64,000 bases of DNA. Origin: an uncultured Clostridia bacterium. GTDB taxonomy: Bacteria; Bacillota; Clostridia; TANB77; CAG-508. The notes beneath the pieces were generated by a model. It saw only the letters and a list, made by a program, of their open reading frames with translations, had not been told where the DNA came from and did no database searches. Shown here in pieces: positions 1-8,968 of this stretch (the stretch's first letter is position 1; the number at the start of each line of letters is the position of its first letter). The position numbers and the translations under genes are program-made. Location of the stretch: NCBI GenBank assembly GCA_934182465.1, contig CAKPRG010000004.1, forward strand, positions 66,529 to 130,528, given 5' to 3'.

Positions 1-164
1 TCTTTTCTTCAAATACACATCCATTGTTGAAAAAGCTTCTTTTACTAAATTATTTGTTTTTACTAAAGAATTGTATTTAATAATTGTATATAATACAATT
101 ATACTTAATATTACTATAATTAACAAAATCATTATCATCATCCTCTATTTCTAAAAATAATAAT

Positions 165-953
165 CTAATTGTTTTTAGTTGGTATAAAATTACTTGCAAA
201 TTTGTATTTTTCCCTATTTTCAATATATAAAAATCCTATCGCACTAAATGCAACTGCACCAATAAAATTAACGATTAAATCTTTCATAGTGTCATTAATT
301 CCAATATCCAAATATCCACCATTTATAACGAAAGTTCCATCTTCTGTAATAATATCTGTTTCTTTTATATTATTTATAACTATTGGTTTATTTTTCTTTT
401 CTGGATTTATTTCAGTAGATGATATTGTTGTGACAATTCTATCTTTTTGCATATCTAATTTCAATAAAGAATCAGCTCCATATTCAAAAAATTCCCATAA
501 AACACCTATTGTCATAGAAAAACAAAATGCTACCAAAGCAACAAAAATCGGTGATAATTTAATTTGTTTACTATTTTGATTTAATAAATCTATTAATGAA
601 AATCCTATTCCTGCTGCTAAAAATCCATTTATTGTATGTAATACAGTATCCCAATGAGGAATAATTCCATAAAAATTATTTATTTCTCCTAGAATTTCTG
701 CAGAAAAAATAAAAACATATATAATTCCCTCTAACAAAGATGGCAATGTTATTTGAAATTTATCTTGTATTAGTGTTGGAATTGTAAATAAAAACAACGA
801 CACCAAACATAAACATGCATTGTTTAAATCCCCTCTTAAGATTTGTAATACCATACAAATTATAACTAAAATTCGTAATGTCAAATAAACTCTAAGTGAT
901 CCTTTTTTAGTTTCTTTGTATTTTTCTTTCATTTTATTAGAAAACTTTCCCAT
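165..953 (-). CDS. Polytopic membrane protein of unknown function: N-terminal ~150 aa with 4-5 TM helices, then a soluble C-terminal domain
   Basis: 262-aa ORF; hydrophobic stretches LRILVIICMVLQIL, LVSLFLFTIPTL, GIIYVFIFSAEILG, FLAAGIGFSLIDLL, VALVAFCFSMTIGVLW; no catalytic motif recognised. Confidence 0.5.
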   Translation of the reverse strand: MGKFSNKMKEKYKETKKGSLRVYLTLRILVIICMVLQILRGDLNNACLCLVSLFLFTIPTLIQDKFQITLPSLLEGIIYVFIFSAEILGEINNFYGIIPHWDTVLHTINGFLAAGIGFSLIDLLNQNSKQIKLSPIFVALVAFCFSMTIGVLWEFFEYGADSLLKLDMQKDRIVTTISSTEINPEKKNKPIVINNIKETDIITEDGTFVINGGYLDIGINDTMKDLIVNFIGAVAFSAIGFLYIENREKYKFASNFIPTKNN

Positions 954-1026
954 ACATCTCTCCTAAAATTTAATATAAAACTTTTAGAAAATATATCACA
1001 CTTTCATTTAAAATACAAATTTAAAA

Positions 1027-2007
1027 TTATATTTGATTAATTAAATTAATAATATCTTTTCCGTGAAAATTTATTTTTACATCTGGTAATATTTTTGATT
1101 TTTTTAAATCATCAATTGTCTTTGGCATTAGCTCTAGAATCTTCTCTAATTCATCATTATTAAAAACATAATATGCAGGTATATTTTTTTCTTTGGATCT
1201 TTGTTTCCTAAATTCAATTAACTTTTCTTTTAAATTATCATTATTAGAATATTCACATTCATTATCATTAATATCAAATTCAAAGTTTTCTTCTTTTTTT
1301 ACATTTAATTTAATAAAGTGATTTGCCCATTGTTCCATTGATTTTTTATTATCCCACAAATCTTTATCACTATGGTTACGATCATATTCTAATTTCCTTA
1401 TTAGAGCATCTGCTTTTACAATATTATCTTTCATCTCTTTTGGAGCATATTTGGTATTTAATATATTTTCTCCATTTGAGGCAACAACTAGTACTCTATG
1501 AATATTTTCAAAATTTCTTTCACAAATGAAACTTTTTAATTTTCCTTGTAATTTAACCCAAATTTTTTTGTAAACTTCTCTCTGAGCTTGAACTTGTCTA
1601 TAAGGTGATTCCATTCCTTTTTTCACTTTATTACCTTTGAAATAATATTCTCTAATAAAATCCCCTTTTTCGTCAACTAAAATATTTCCAATTAAATTTT
1701 TACATTCTATAAAATAACAACACCATGGCGTTATTACAATAAAATCAATTTGTGCTTTTAAATCTTCATATATAAGGTTTACATCATGAAGAACAAACAT
1801 ACCAATATTAGATTTTTTTAATTGATATATTATTTCATTTTCTCCTTCCAATCCCTTTTGAGCCATATATAATTGTTGACTAATATTCTTATTATTTGGA
1901 TGTTTATTCTTTAATTCATTCAAATATTTTACTTTTCTTTCTAACTCACAATCTTCTTTTAAAATTATAGCATCTCTAAATTTATCAAATATATCTAAAA
2001 TTCCCAT
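1027..2007 (-). CDS. NERD (nuclease-related domain) protein with C-terminal HRDC-like helix bundle
   Basis: 326-aa ORF; NERD-type core (…GENEIIYQLKK…HDVNL…DFIVITPWCCYFIECKN…) and C-terminal IPAYYVFNNDELEKILELMPKTIDDL resembling RecQ HRDC. Confidence 0.6.
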   Translation of the reverse strand: MGILDIFDKFRDAIILKEDCELERKVKYLNELKNKHPNNKNISQQLYMAQKGLEGENEIIYQLKKSNIGMFVLHDVNLIYEDLKAQIDFIVITPWCCYFIECKNLIGNILVDEKGDFIREYYFKGNKVKKGMESPYRQVQAQREVYKKIWVKLQGKLKSFICERNFENIHRVLVVASNGENILNTKYAPKEMKDNIVKADALIRKLEYDRNHSDKDLWDNKKSMEQWANHFIKLNVKKEENFEFDINDNECEYSNNDNLKEKLIEFRKQRSKEKNIPAYYVFNNDELEKILELMPKTIDDLKKSKILPDVKINFHGKDIINLINQI

Positions 2008-2038
2008 ATTTTTACTTCTTATCTTTCAATTTTTCTAA

Positions 2039-3022
2039 TTATAATATCTTCCAAGTACCATTTTTGGTAGAACCATCTCTTTTAATTATTCCTTTTTCTT
2101 TTAGTTTTTTTATATTATATGATATTCCATCTCTTGTTAATCCAAGTATTTTTGCCATTTCAACTTGTGTAATAGCTGGATTTTTCTTGATTAAATTTAT
2201 TATTGTTTCTTGTGTAGTTTCTTGTGTAGTTTCTTGTGTAATTTCTTTATTAGATGTTAAAATCATTCCATCTACAGCTTCTTTGATAATTTCAAGCATA
2301 AATTCAATAAATTCGTTTGAATTTCCAGCATTATTGCAATTTTGAATAACAGCATAGTATTCTTCTTGATGTTTTCTTATTATACTTTCTATTGGAATAT
2401 ATTTAAATAAATCTTTCCAATGTGATAATATAGCTGTTTGCCATAATCTTGCAGTTCTTCCATTTCCATCTGAAAAGGGATGTATAAATACAAATTCATA
2501 ATGAAATATGGAAGATAAAATTAATGGATTAACTTTTTCTTTTGCTTCGTTCATCCAATTAAATAAATTATCCATTAATGTTGGAACCATTCTATGATGT
2601 GGAGCCATAAAAATTTGAACATCTCCATCATAAACAGCCTCTCCATGATTTCTAAACTTTCCACTATCATCTTCAATAGCAAAAGTTAATATTCCATGTA
2701 TCTTTTTTAAATCCTCTACAGAATACGGATTTACATTATCTATCTCTTCATAAGCCTTATATGCATTTTTAACTTCTTGAATATCTTTTTGCTCTCCTAT
2801 TACTGATTTTCCATTTATTACAGCTTCAACTTGAAACAATGATAATTGATTATTTTCAATTGCTAAAGATGAATGTATTGACTGAATTCTTGTTTTTCTT
2901 CTTAATTCCGGAAATCTATTTAAACTTTCAAAATAATTTGCTTCTCCTATTTTTTCCATTATACTTGTCGCCAAATTTAACATTTTATCAGTAATTGTAT
3001 ATGGTGGGTATTCTATTTCCAT
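2039..3022 (-). CDS. Fic/Doc family protein (AMPylator-type fold) with C-terminal winged-helix DNA-binding domain
   Basis: Canonical Fic motif HPFSDGNGRTARL; C-terminal MAKILGLTRDGISYNIKKLKEKGIIKR HTH; internal TQET x3 tandem repeat (nt ~2200-2245). Confidence 0.85.
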   Translation of the reverse strand: MEIEYPPYTITDKMLNLATSIMEKIGEANYFESLNRFPELRRKTRIQSIHSSLAIENNQLSLFQVEAVINGKSVIGEQKDIQEVKNAYKAYEEIDNVNPYSVEDLKKIHGILTFAIEDDSGKFRNHGEAVYDGDVQIFMAPHHRMVPTLMDNLFNWMNEAKEKVNPLILSSIFHYEFVFIHPFSDGNGRTARLWQTAILSHWKDLFKYIPIESIIRKHQEEYYAVIQNCNNAGNSNEFIEFMLEIIKEAVDGMILTSNKEITQETTQETTQETIINLIKKNPAITQVEMAKILGLTRDGISYNIKKLKEKGIIKRDGSTKNGTWKIL

Positions 3023-3271
3023 TTCAAACCTCCAAATCGTATATTTATTGTAAATTTTTACTTTCTAACCGTTTTTATAAGCTTCTTCTTTTTTTATATT
3101 TATATCATAAATTTCAATATTTTCATATATTTTTATTACAATTTATAAAAAATTGAAAATATTGCTAATTCAAAATATATAAAACTCTAAATTTTATCTC
3201 TTTTACTAAATATCTCAAATAATTAGATTAGCAACAGATTAGTAAAATACTTATTCCAAAATGCAAAAAGA

Positions 3272-3301
3272 AAGAGTAAGAATTGTTTAACTCTTACTCT
3301 T
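3272..3301. terminator. Hairpin (aagagtaag/cttactctt) flanked by A- and T-runs, possible bidirectional terminator
   Basis: 9-bp inverted repeat with 12-nt loop seen directly. Confidence 0.3.
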
Positions 3302-3442
3302 TATTGTTGCCGTTGACGTAGACATCTACAACTTCTTCGGCCTCGTAACAATTGATACAAATATCAATCAATTTATTAAAAAAATATCATATTCTTGATA
3401 AAATGCAATATAAAATTACTAAAATTTTTAAAGTAATGAAAA

Positions 3443-3473
3443 AGACCATCCTATGGGGATGATCTTACCTTTT
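3443..3473 (-). terminator. Rho-independent terminator for the 99-aa ORF
   Basis: aagaccatcc/ggatgatctt imperfect stem followed by T-run on minus strand. Confidence 0.4.
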
Positions 3474-3523
3474 CTTTGACAAATGAGACCTAAAAAAGGA
3501 TTTTGGAGACGTAATTCACCGAC

Positions 3524-3823
3524 TCAAATAGCTTTTCCGTTGTAGGTAAGGTTACTCCAACGAGTAATCTTGAGCCCATTGAACTCAAAGCTAGAACCCA
3601 CAGGCATTGTTGCCATGCGTTCCAATACATATTCAGGAGCCTTCACGTACAGACACAGAGCCTCTCTCGTCATCATTGCAGGTGCAACAACATCCATATA
3701 GGAAATCTCAGAGAGAACATCTTTAATTTTGTTGTCGTCAGCACTGTTTTCGAAGCAAATTCCCATTACCCGAAAAACTCCACGTTCTTTGTCCACTGCA
3801 TACTGAGTTCTGTTGTAAGTCAT
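3524..3823 (-). CDS. Hypothetical 99-aa protein in a GC-elevated patch
   Basis: ORF with codon usage and GC clearly higher than neighbours; followed on its own strand by hairpin plus U-run (3443-3470); no family recognised. Confidence 0.45.
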   Translation of the reverse strand: MTYNRTQYAVDKERGVFRVMGICFENSADDNKIKDVLSEISYMDVVAPAMMTREALCLYVKAPEYVLERMATMPVGSSFEFNGLKITRWSNLTYNGKAI

Positions 3824-3962
3824 ATTTTCTCCTTTCTCTGTGCCATCCTTAATTGTGGTATGGTCTTACCAGAAAGCGCTTTTGACTTTTGCATAATTTA
3901 ATTATAGCACATTTTACATAAAATTTCAAATTTATACCTAAATTTTGCCAATATTTACAAAT

Positions 3963-4247
3963 TTATATTTTTTTCAAATCTTCTTCTAACTCTGATAATT
4001 TTATCTTTTTATATAAGTTTGAAATATACACATCATTTGAATAATAGAAAACTAAAAAAGTAATACTTTTAATAATCACTTTATGTGGCTCAATATATGT
4101 AAGATTAGTTTTTTCTAATTTTCTAATGCTACCATTTATAAAAGTAGGGGTAACTTTAGCAAATTCACATATAAATTCAAGTCTCTGTTTTAGACATTCT
4201 TCAAATTGTAATTCTTGTTTAATTATTTTCAATATTAACACCATCAT
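3963..4247 (-). CDS. Hypothetical small protein (94 aa)
   Basis: ORF only; no motif recognised. Confidence 0.3.
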   Translation of the reverse strand: MMVLILKIIKQELQFEECLKQRLEFICEFAKVTPTFINGSIRKLEKTNLTYIEPHKVIIKSITFLVFYYSNDVYISNLYKKIKLSELEEDLKKI

Positions 4248-4287
4248 TTCATTTGGATGATTTTAATATTATTTTAGACAACAAAAA

Positions 4288-4316
4288 AATCAACCAGATT
4301 TATTTTCTGATTGATT
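4288..4316 (-). terminator. Terminator hairpin downstream of tRNA-Leu
   Basis: aatcaaccag/ctgattgatt stem followed by U7 on minus strand. Confidence 0.5.
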
Positions 4317-4357
4317 TTTGTATCTATCTGTTCCATTAGTTCGAACAGATACATCAT

Positions 4358-4445
4358 TGGTGCAGATGGCCGGAATCGAACCGGCACGGTTTATTCAACC
4401 GCAGGATTTTAAGTCCTGTGCGTCTGCCAGTTCCGCCACATCTGC
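4358..4445 (-). tRNA. tRNA-Leu (anticodon UAA), class II with long variable arm, CCA encoded
   Basis: Reverse complement folds as GCAGATG acceptor, CAGGA-CUUAAAA-UCCUG anticodon arm (UAA), long variable arm CGGTTGAATAAACCGTG, GCCGG-TTCGATT-CCGGC T-arm, discriminator A + CCA. Confidence 0.9.
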
Positions 4446-4855
4446 ATTTACTGGCATTTTCTTTTTGTCTATCACCTGCTGACAAGTGATATTATACTAT
4501 CTGATAAATCATTTGTCAACACATTTTATAAATTTTTTTAAAAAATTTTACATTTTTTCAAAATCATGATATAATATTTCTGTTGAAAGTATTGCTACTA
4601 CCCATTCATGTAGATTTTTCAATATTATATTACAATATAAAATTTATTATATAAACTGCATAAATTTATACCAATTTTATAAATTTTATTTTATATACTA
4701 TATTTTTATTACAAACTCATTTTAAAATTTATAAAATATATTAGTTTATAATTTATAATAGATAATATAAAATATAATTTACAATATATTTTATAATTTT
4801 GGTTTATAGGTAAATCCAGTTTAAAACCTAAATATATATAAAGGATCAGATTTTT

Positions 4856-5476
4856 ATGAATAATGAATATGATTGCAAAACACCATTAGAATATCAAATA
4901 ACAGATTACGATTGTGGTACAACTACTTTGCTAAATGCTATACGCTTTTTATTTTATAGAAGTGAAATTTCACCAGAAATTTATAAATTTATTTCTCACC
5001 ATACTCTCGATATTTGCAATACAAATGGCGAAATTGGAAAAGGTGGTACATCAACACAAGCATTAGACTTTTTAAGTAATTGGTTAAATCAAAATAGTAC
5101 AAAGCAAAGAATGCCTATTTTATGTACAAAATTAATTAATAATGATGTTTCTATATATAATAAATTTTTGGAAGAAAAAATTAGCAATGGAGCTGTAGCA
5201 ATTTTAAGAGTACATCAAGAATGTGAACACTATTGCTTACTTACTTCTTTAGATTCTAATTTTGCATATATTTTTGATCCTTATTATTTAGAAAAAGGTA
5301 CATATGATGATGATAATTTAGTTGAAATGATTTTTGATAAACCTTTTGAATATAATAGAAAAATAAAAAAAGAACGACTTAACAGTAATTCTCTTGAAGA
5401 TTTTTCTTTAGTAACTGGTAAAAATGGAAGTATTATAATTATAGAAAAAATAAAAATACAAAAAAGCCACGGCTAA
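4856..5476 (+). CDS. Papain-like cysteine peptidase, C39-like domain protein
   Basis: DCGTTTLLNA Cys motif near N-terminus and downstream HYCLLTSLD…IFDP His motif typical of C39-like peptidases. Confidence 0.5.
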   Translation: MNNEYDCKTPLEYQITDYDCGTTTLLNAIRFLFYRSEISPEIYKFISHHTLDICNTNGEIGKGGTSTQALDFLSNWLNQNSTKQRMPILCTKLINNDVSIYNKFLEEKISNGAVAILRVHQECEHYCLLTSLDSNFAYIFDPYYLEKGTYDDDNLVEMIFDKPFEYNRKIKKERLNSNSLEDFSLVTGKNGSIIIIEKIKIQKSHG

Positions 5477-5490
5477 GCCGTGACTTATTG
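5461..5490. terminator. Bidirectional terminator between convergent C39-like gene and spoVG
   Basis: gccacggc-taa-gccgtgac hairpin with A5 upstream and T-rich downstream. Confidence 0.6.
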
Positions 5491-5495
5491 TATTT

Positions 5496-5774
5496 CTATT
5501 CTTCAACTTCTGCTGTTTCAGCTTCTGGAGATTCATAAGCTTCTAATATAGCTTTTTGAATTTTTTCTCTAGTTTCAGCATTAATTGGATGAGCGATGTC
5601 TTTGAATTCTCCGTTTGGAGTTTTTCTGCTAGGCATAGCTATAAATAATCCATTTTGACTTTCGATAACTTTGATATCGTGAACTACGAATTCCTCATCG
5701 AATGTTACAGAAGCAACAGCTTTCATTCTGTTCTCTGAATTTACTTTTCTTAAACGTACATCTGTTATTTTCAT
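5496..5774 (-). CDS. spoVG: Septation protein SpoVG
   Basis: [64 protein letters not shown] is near-identical to SpoVG consensus; true start at internal Met. Confidence 0.95.
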   Translation of the reverse strand: MKITDVRLRKVNSENRMKAVASVTFDEEFVVHDIKVIESQNGLFIAMPSRKTPNGEFKDIAHPINAETREKIQKAILEAYESPEAETAEVEE

Positions 5775-6185
5775 TTTGTTAAGCACCTCTTTCTCAAGTT
5801 TTTTATACATATATTATTATTTATGTACAATTATAATATTCGCCAAAAAAATTTTTTTTCCTTCTTATTTTTACAAAAATTTCAATTTTTATTAACCTAA
5901 TCTATATCTTTTTATAAATTTTAGTAAATTACATAATTTTTCACATATTTTTTTCTTTTTCATAAAATAATATTAGTGCAAATGTTTTAAAAAAACTTAT
6001 GTAAAAATTTGGCATGATTCTTTGCATAATCGAATTTTAAAGATTTTTCTACTATAGAATTTTCTCCAAAAAACTTTCTTTTTATAAAAATTAAAACATA
6101 TTTTATTCACAAAATTTCTTTTTGAGAGTTGAAAAACTTTATGTTTCATTATATAATGTAAAAAATTCAAGGAGGCGCATAATAA

Positions 6186-7598
6186 TTGAACTTAGAAGTT
6201 AAAGATTTAAAAAAATTCAAAAAAATTCATTTAATTGGAATTGGTGGCATTAGTATGAGTGCTGTTGCTGAAACACTACATAACTGGGGATTTCACGTAA
6301 CTGGTTCTGATGCTGCTCACAGTGAAATTACTGATAAATTAAATTTACATGGAATAAAAACTACAATTGGTCATGATTTAGAAAATGCTAAAAATGCTGA
6401 CTTAATTGTTTTTTCTGCTGCAATAAAAGATGAAGATCCAGAAATGGTCTTAGCTAGAGAAAATAATATTCCTCTAGTTGGTCGTGGTGAATTTGTTGGC
6501 TTACTTACAAAAATGTATAAAGAAACTATTTGCGTTGCAGGAACTCATGGAAAAACAACTACTACTTCTATGTTGTCTGTATGTTTTTTAAATGCTGAAA
6601 AAGATCCTACTATTGAAGTTGGTGCAATTTTAAATAAAATTGATGGTAACTATAGAGTTGGAAATAGTGAATATTTTATATTAGAGTCTTGTGAATATAA
6701 AGGAAACTTTTTAAAATTCTTCCCTAATACAGCAATTATTTTAAATATAGACAATGATCATTTAGATTACTACAAAACATTTGATAATGTTGTTAAAGCA
6801 TTTACTGATTTTGCACTTTTGCTAGAACCTAATGGTTTATTAGTTACAAATGCTGATGATAAAAATTGTTTCAACTTAAAAAATGTTGTAAAATCTAAAT
6901 TTATTTCTTATGGTATAGAAAATAAAAATGCTAACTTTATAGCAAAAAATATAACTTTTAACGATAATGGATTTGCTATTTTTGATATATTCAAAAATGG
7001 TGATTTCTTTGAACATATTGAACTTTCTGTTGCTGGAAAACACAATATTTTAAATGCTCTTGCATGTACTTCTGTTTGTGATTACTATGGTATTAGCAAA
7101 AATGTAATAGCAAAATCTTTAAAGGAATTTACTGGTGCTGAAAGGAGATTAGAATATAAAGGAGCTATTACTCCAAAAAATTCTAATACAGCTTCTGTTT
7201 CAATTTTTGATGATTATGGTCATCATCCTACTGAAATTGAAGCAACTGCAAATGCTATTGCAGAAAAGAAATTTAATGAATCTTGGGTAATTTTTCAACC
7301 ACATACTTATAGCAGAACAAAAACTCATTTAGATGCTTTTGCAAAAGTTTTAACTAAATTTGATCACATAATTCTTTTAGATATTTATGCAGCTCGTGAA
7401 AAAAATACAATTGGTATTAGCTCAAAAGATTTAGCAAACAAAATTAATTCTCTTGGAAAAGAAGCTTTATATATGCCAGATTTTGATGAAGTTGTAAATT
7501 ATATAAAATCAAATGTTAAAGATAATGATTTAGTATTAACATTAGGTGCTGGAACTGTTACTGAAATCGGTCCAATGCTTGTTAATTTTGAAAATTAA
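6186..7598 (+). CDS. murC: UDP-N-acetylmuramate--L-alanine ligase
   Basis: IHLIGIGGISMSAVA…GSD; VAGTHGKTTTTSML Mur ligase P-loop; TTG start with aggagg RBS. Confidence 0.9.
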   Translation: MNLEVKDLKKFKKIHLIGIGGISMSAVAETLHNWGFHVTGSDAAHSEITDKLNLHGIKTTIGHDLENAKNADLIVFSAAIKDEDPEMVLARENNIPLVGRGEFVGLLTKMYKETICVAGTHGKTTTTSMLSVCFLNAEKDPTIEVGAILNKIDGNYRVGNSEYFILESCEYKGNFLKFFPNTAIILNIDNDHLDYYKTFDNVVKAFTDFALLLEPNGLLVTNADDKNCFNLKNVVKSKFISYGIENKNANFIAKNITFNDNGFAIFDIFKNGDFFEHIELSVAGKHNILNALACTSVCDYYGISKNVIAKSLKEFTGAERRLEYKGAITPKNSNTASVSIFDDYGHHPTEIEATANAIAEKKFNESWVIFQPHTYSRTKTHLDAFAKVLTKFDHIILLDIYAAREKNTIGISSKDLANKINSLGKEALYMPDFDEVVNYIKSNVKDNDLVLTLGAGTVTEIGPMLVNFEN

Positions 7599-7622
7599 AA
7601 GTGGACTAATGTCCACTTTTTT
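7599..7622. terminator. Bidirectional terminator between murC and spoIVB
   Basis: aagtggac-taat-gtccactt hairpin followed by T6. Confidence 0.7.
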
Positions 7623-8817
7623 AATATTTCATATTCATATTTTTTATCATTATATCACCAAAAATAGCATATCCTTTTGTCGGTGAATTTACCAAAACAT
7701 TCGTTATTGCACCAATAAACTTTCCATTTTGTATAATTGGAGCTCCAGATAACCCTCTTATTATTCCACCAGTTTTGTTTATTAAATTTTTATCAGTCAC
7801 TTCTATTAACATACTTTTATTATCTTCATTATTGTCTTTATAAATTTTTTCTATTTTTATATCATATTCTTCTGCTTCATTACCATCTACTGAGCACAGT
7901 ACTTTTGCATTTCCCTCTTGTATTTCGTCTCTTAATGCTACTTTAAGTTTATTGGAATAATTAAATTTTATATTAGATAAATTTGTTAATTCACCATATA
8001 TTCCAAATTCAGTATTTTTATACACTTTTCCTATTGTTGGTTGATTTATAATACTTCCTCTTATTTCTCCTGGTTTTCCCTGTTCTCCTTTTTGAATAGA
8101 TACAATCTTTGATGTAACAATATTTCCAGAGTCAATATCTATCAGTTTATCAGTATCACTATCTGTTATTCCATGTCCTAATGCTGCAAAACTTTTACTA
8201 TTTGGTTCATAATATGTTAAAGTTCCCACTCCTGTTGCAGCGTCTTTTACCCATAACCCTAATTTATATTCTGTATTACTTACTTTTACAGGTTTTATAT
8301 TTGATGTTTCTATTGTCCCATCCTCTTTTAATATTGTTAAATCTATATTTTTCCCATCTGATTTATTTATTTCTTTTTGTAAATTTTCTATAGTTTGTAT
8401 TTCTAAATCATTTACTTTTAATATTGTATCTCCCTCTTGAATATTCAAGTTTTCATAAGGTCTTTCTTTTTGATGATTTACATTTTCTATTTCTGACATT
8501 CCAACTATCAAAACACCATTTGTATATAACTTTAATCCTATTATTTTTCCAACTGGTATTACTTCAACATTTTCTAATCTAGTCACATTAATTTGTTTTA
8601 CAGTATTTCCAAACATATTCAAATTTACTTGTGATGTGTTTCCATTTTCTGATACGACTGCTGATGTTTGAATAACATCTATTCCAAGCAGAGTTCTTAT
8701 TTTATAATTTTCTCCTTCTAATAAAACTATTTGTTTTGGGATTAATGTTACATTAGAAATATACATATATATAATTAATAAAAATAAAATGGTTATTACT
8801 ATTTTAATCTTTTTCAT
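7621..8817 (-). CDS. spoIVB: Stage IV sporulation protein B (SpoIVB serine peptidase S55, PDZ domain)
   Basis: N-terminal signal anchor, PDZ region, GLSGAPIIQNGKFIGAITNV catalytic Ser motif. Confidence 0.85.
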   Translation of the reverse strand: MKKIKIVITILFLLIIYMYISNVTLIPKQIVLLEGENYKIRTLLGIDVIQTSAVVSENGNTSQVNLNMFGNTVKQINVTRLENVEVIPVGKIIGLKLYTNGVLIVGMSEIENVNHQKERPYENLNIQEGDTILKVNDLEIQTIENLQKEINKSDGKNIDLTILKEDGTIETSNIKPVKVSNTEYKLGLWVKDAATGVGTLTYYEPNSKSFAALGHGITDSDTDKLIDIDSGNIVTSKIVSIQKGEQGKPGEIRGSIINQPTIGKVYKNTEFGIYGELTNLSNIKFNYSNKLKVALRDEIQEGNAKVLCSVDGNEAEEYDIKIEKIYKDNNEDNKSMLIEVTDKNLINKTGGIIRGLSGAPIIQNGKFIGAITNVLVNSPTKGYAIFGDIMIKNMNMKY

Positions 8818-8968
8818 ATAAATAGCATAACCATTTTTTTATTAATTATTAAATTTGATTTTTCTAAAATTTATTTATATTTCATTATATTATAGTTTAT
8901 TTTTAGTTTTAAGGTGAATATAAATTTTAAATTTTTCACAATTTTAGTTTTAACTTTATTGTTGAATT

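Noticed and set aside
169-579. 136-aa plus-strand ORF and many other 60-100-aa ORFs antisense to real genes (e.g. 7737-7946, 12011-12217, 40143-40355, 52855-53091)
   Set aside because: These are antisense to well-supported CDSs and have poly-Leu/Phe/Tyr composition expected from translating the AT-rich reverse strand.
2200-2245. Possible CRISPR or longer tandem array
   Set aside because: It is only three 12-15-nt in-frame copies (TQET) inside the Fic CDS, with no spacer-repeat architecture anywhere in the window.
3311-3330. 12-mer tgacgtagacat shared between 3318-3329 and 39868-39879
   Set aside because: A single 12-nt match in 64 kb is within chance expectation, and no extended similarity was found around it.
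4446-4855. AT-rich tract with many ttataaa/tttata repeats between tRNA-Leu and the C39-like gene
   Set aside because: The tract is low-complexity A/T sequence typical of promoters in this genome, with no regular period or defined repeat unit.
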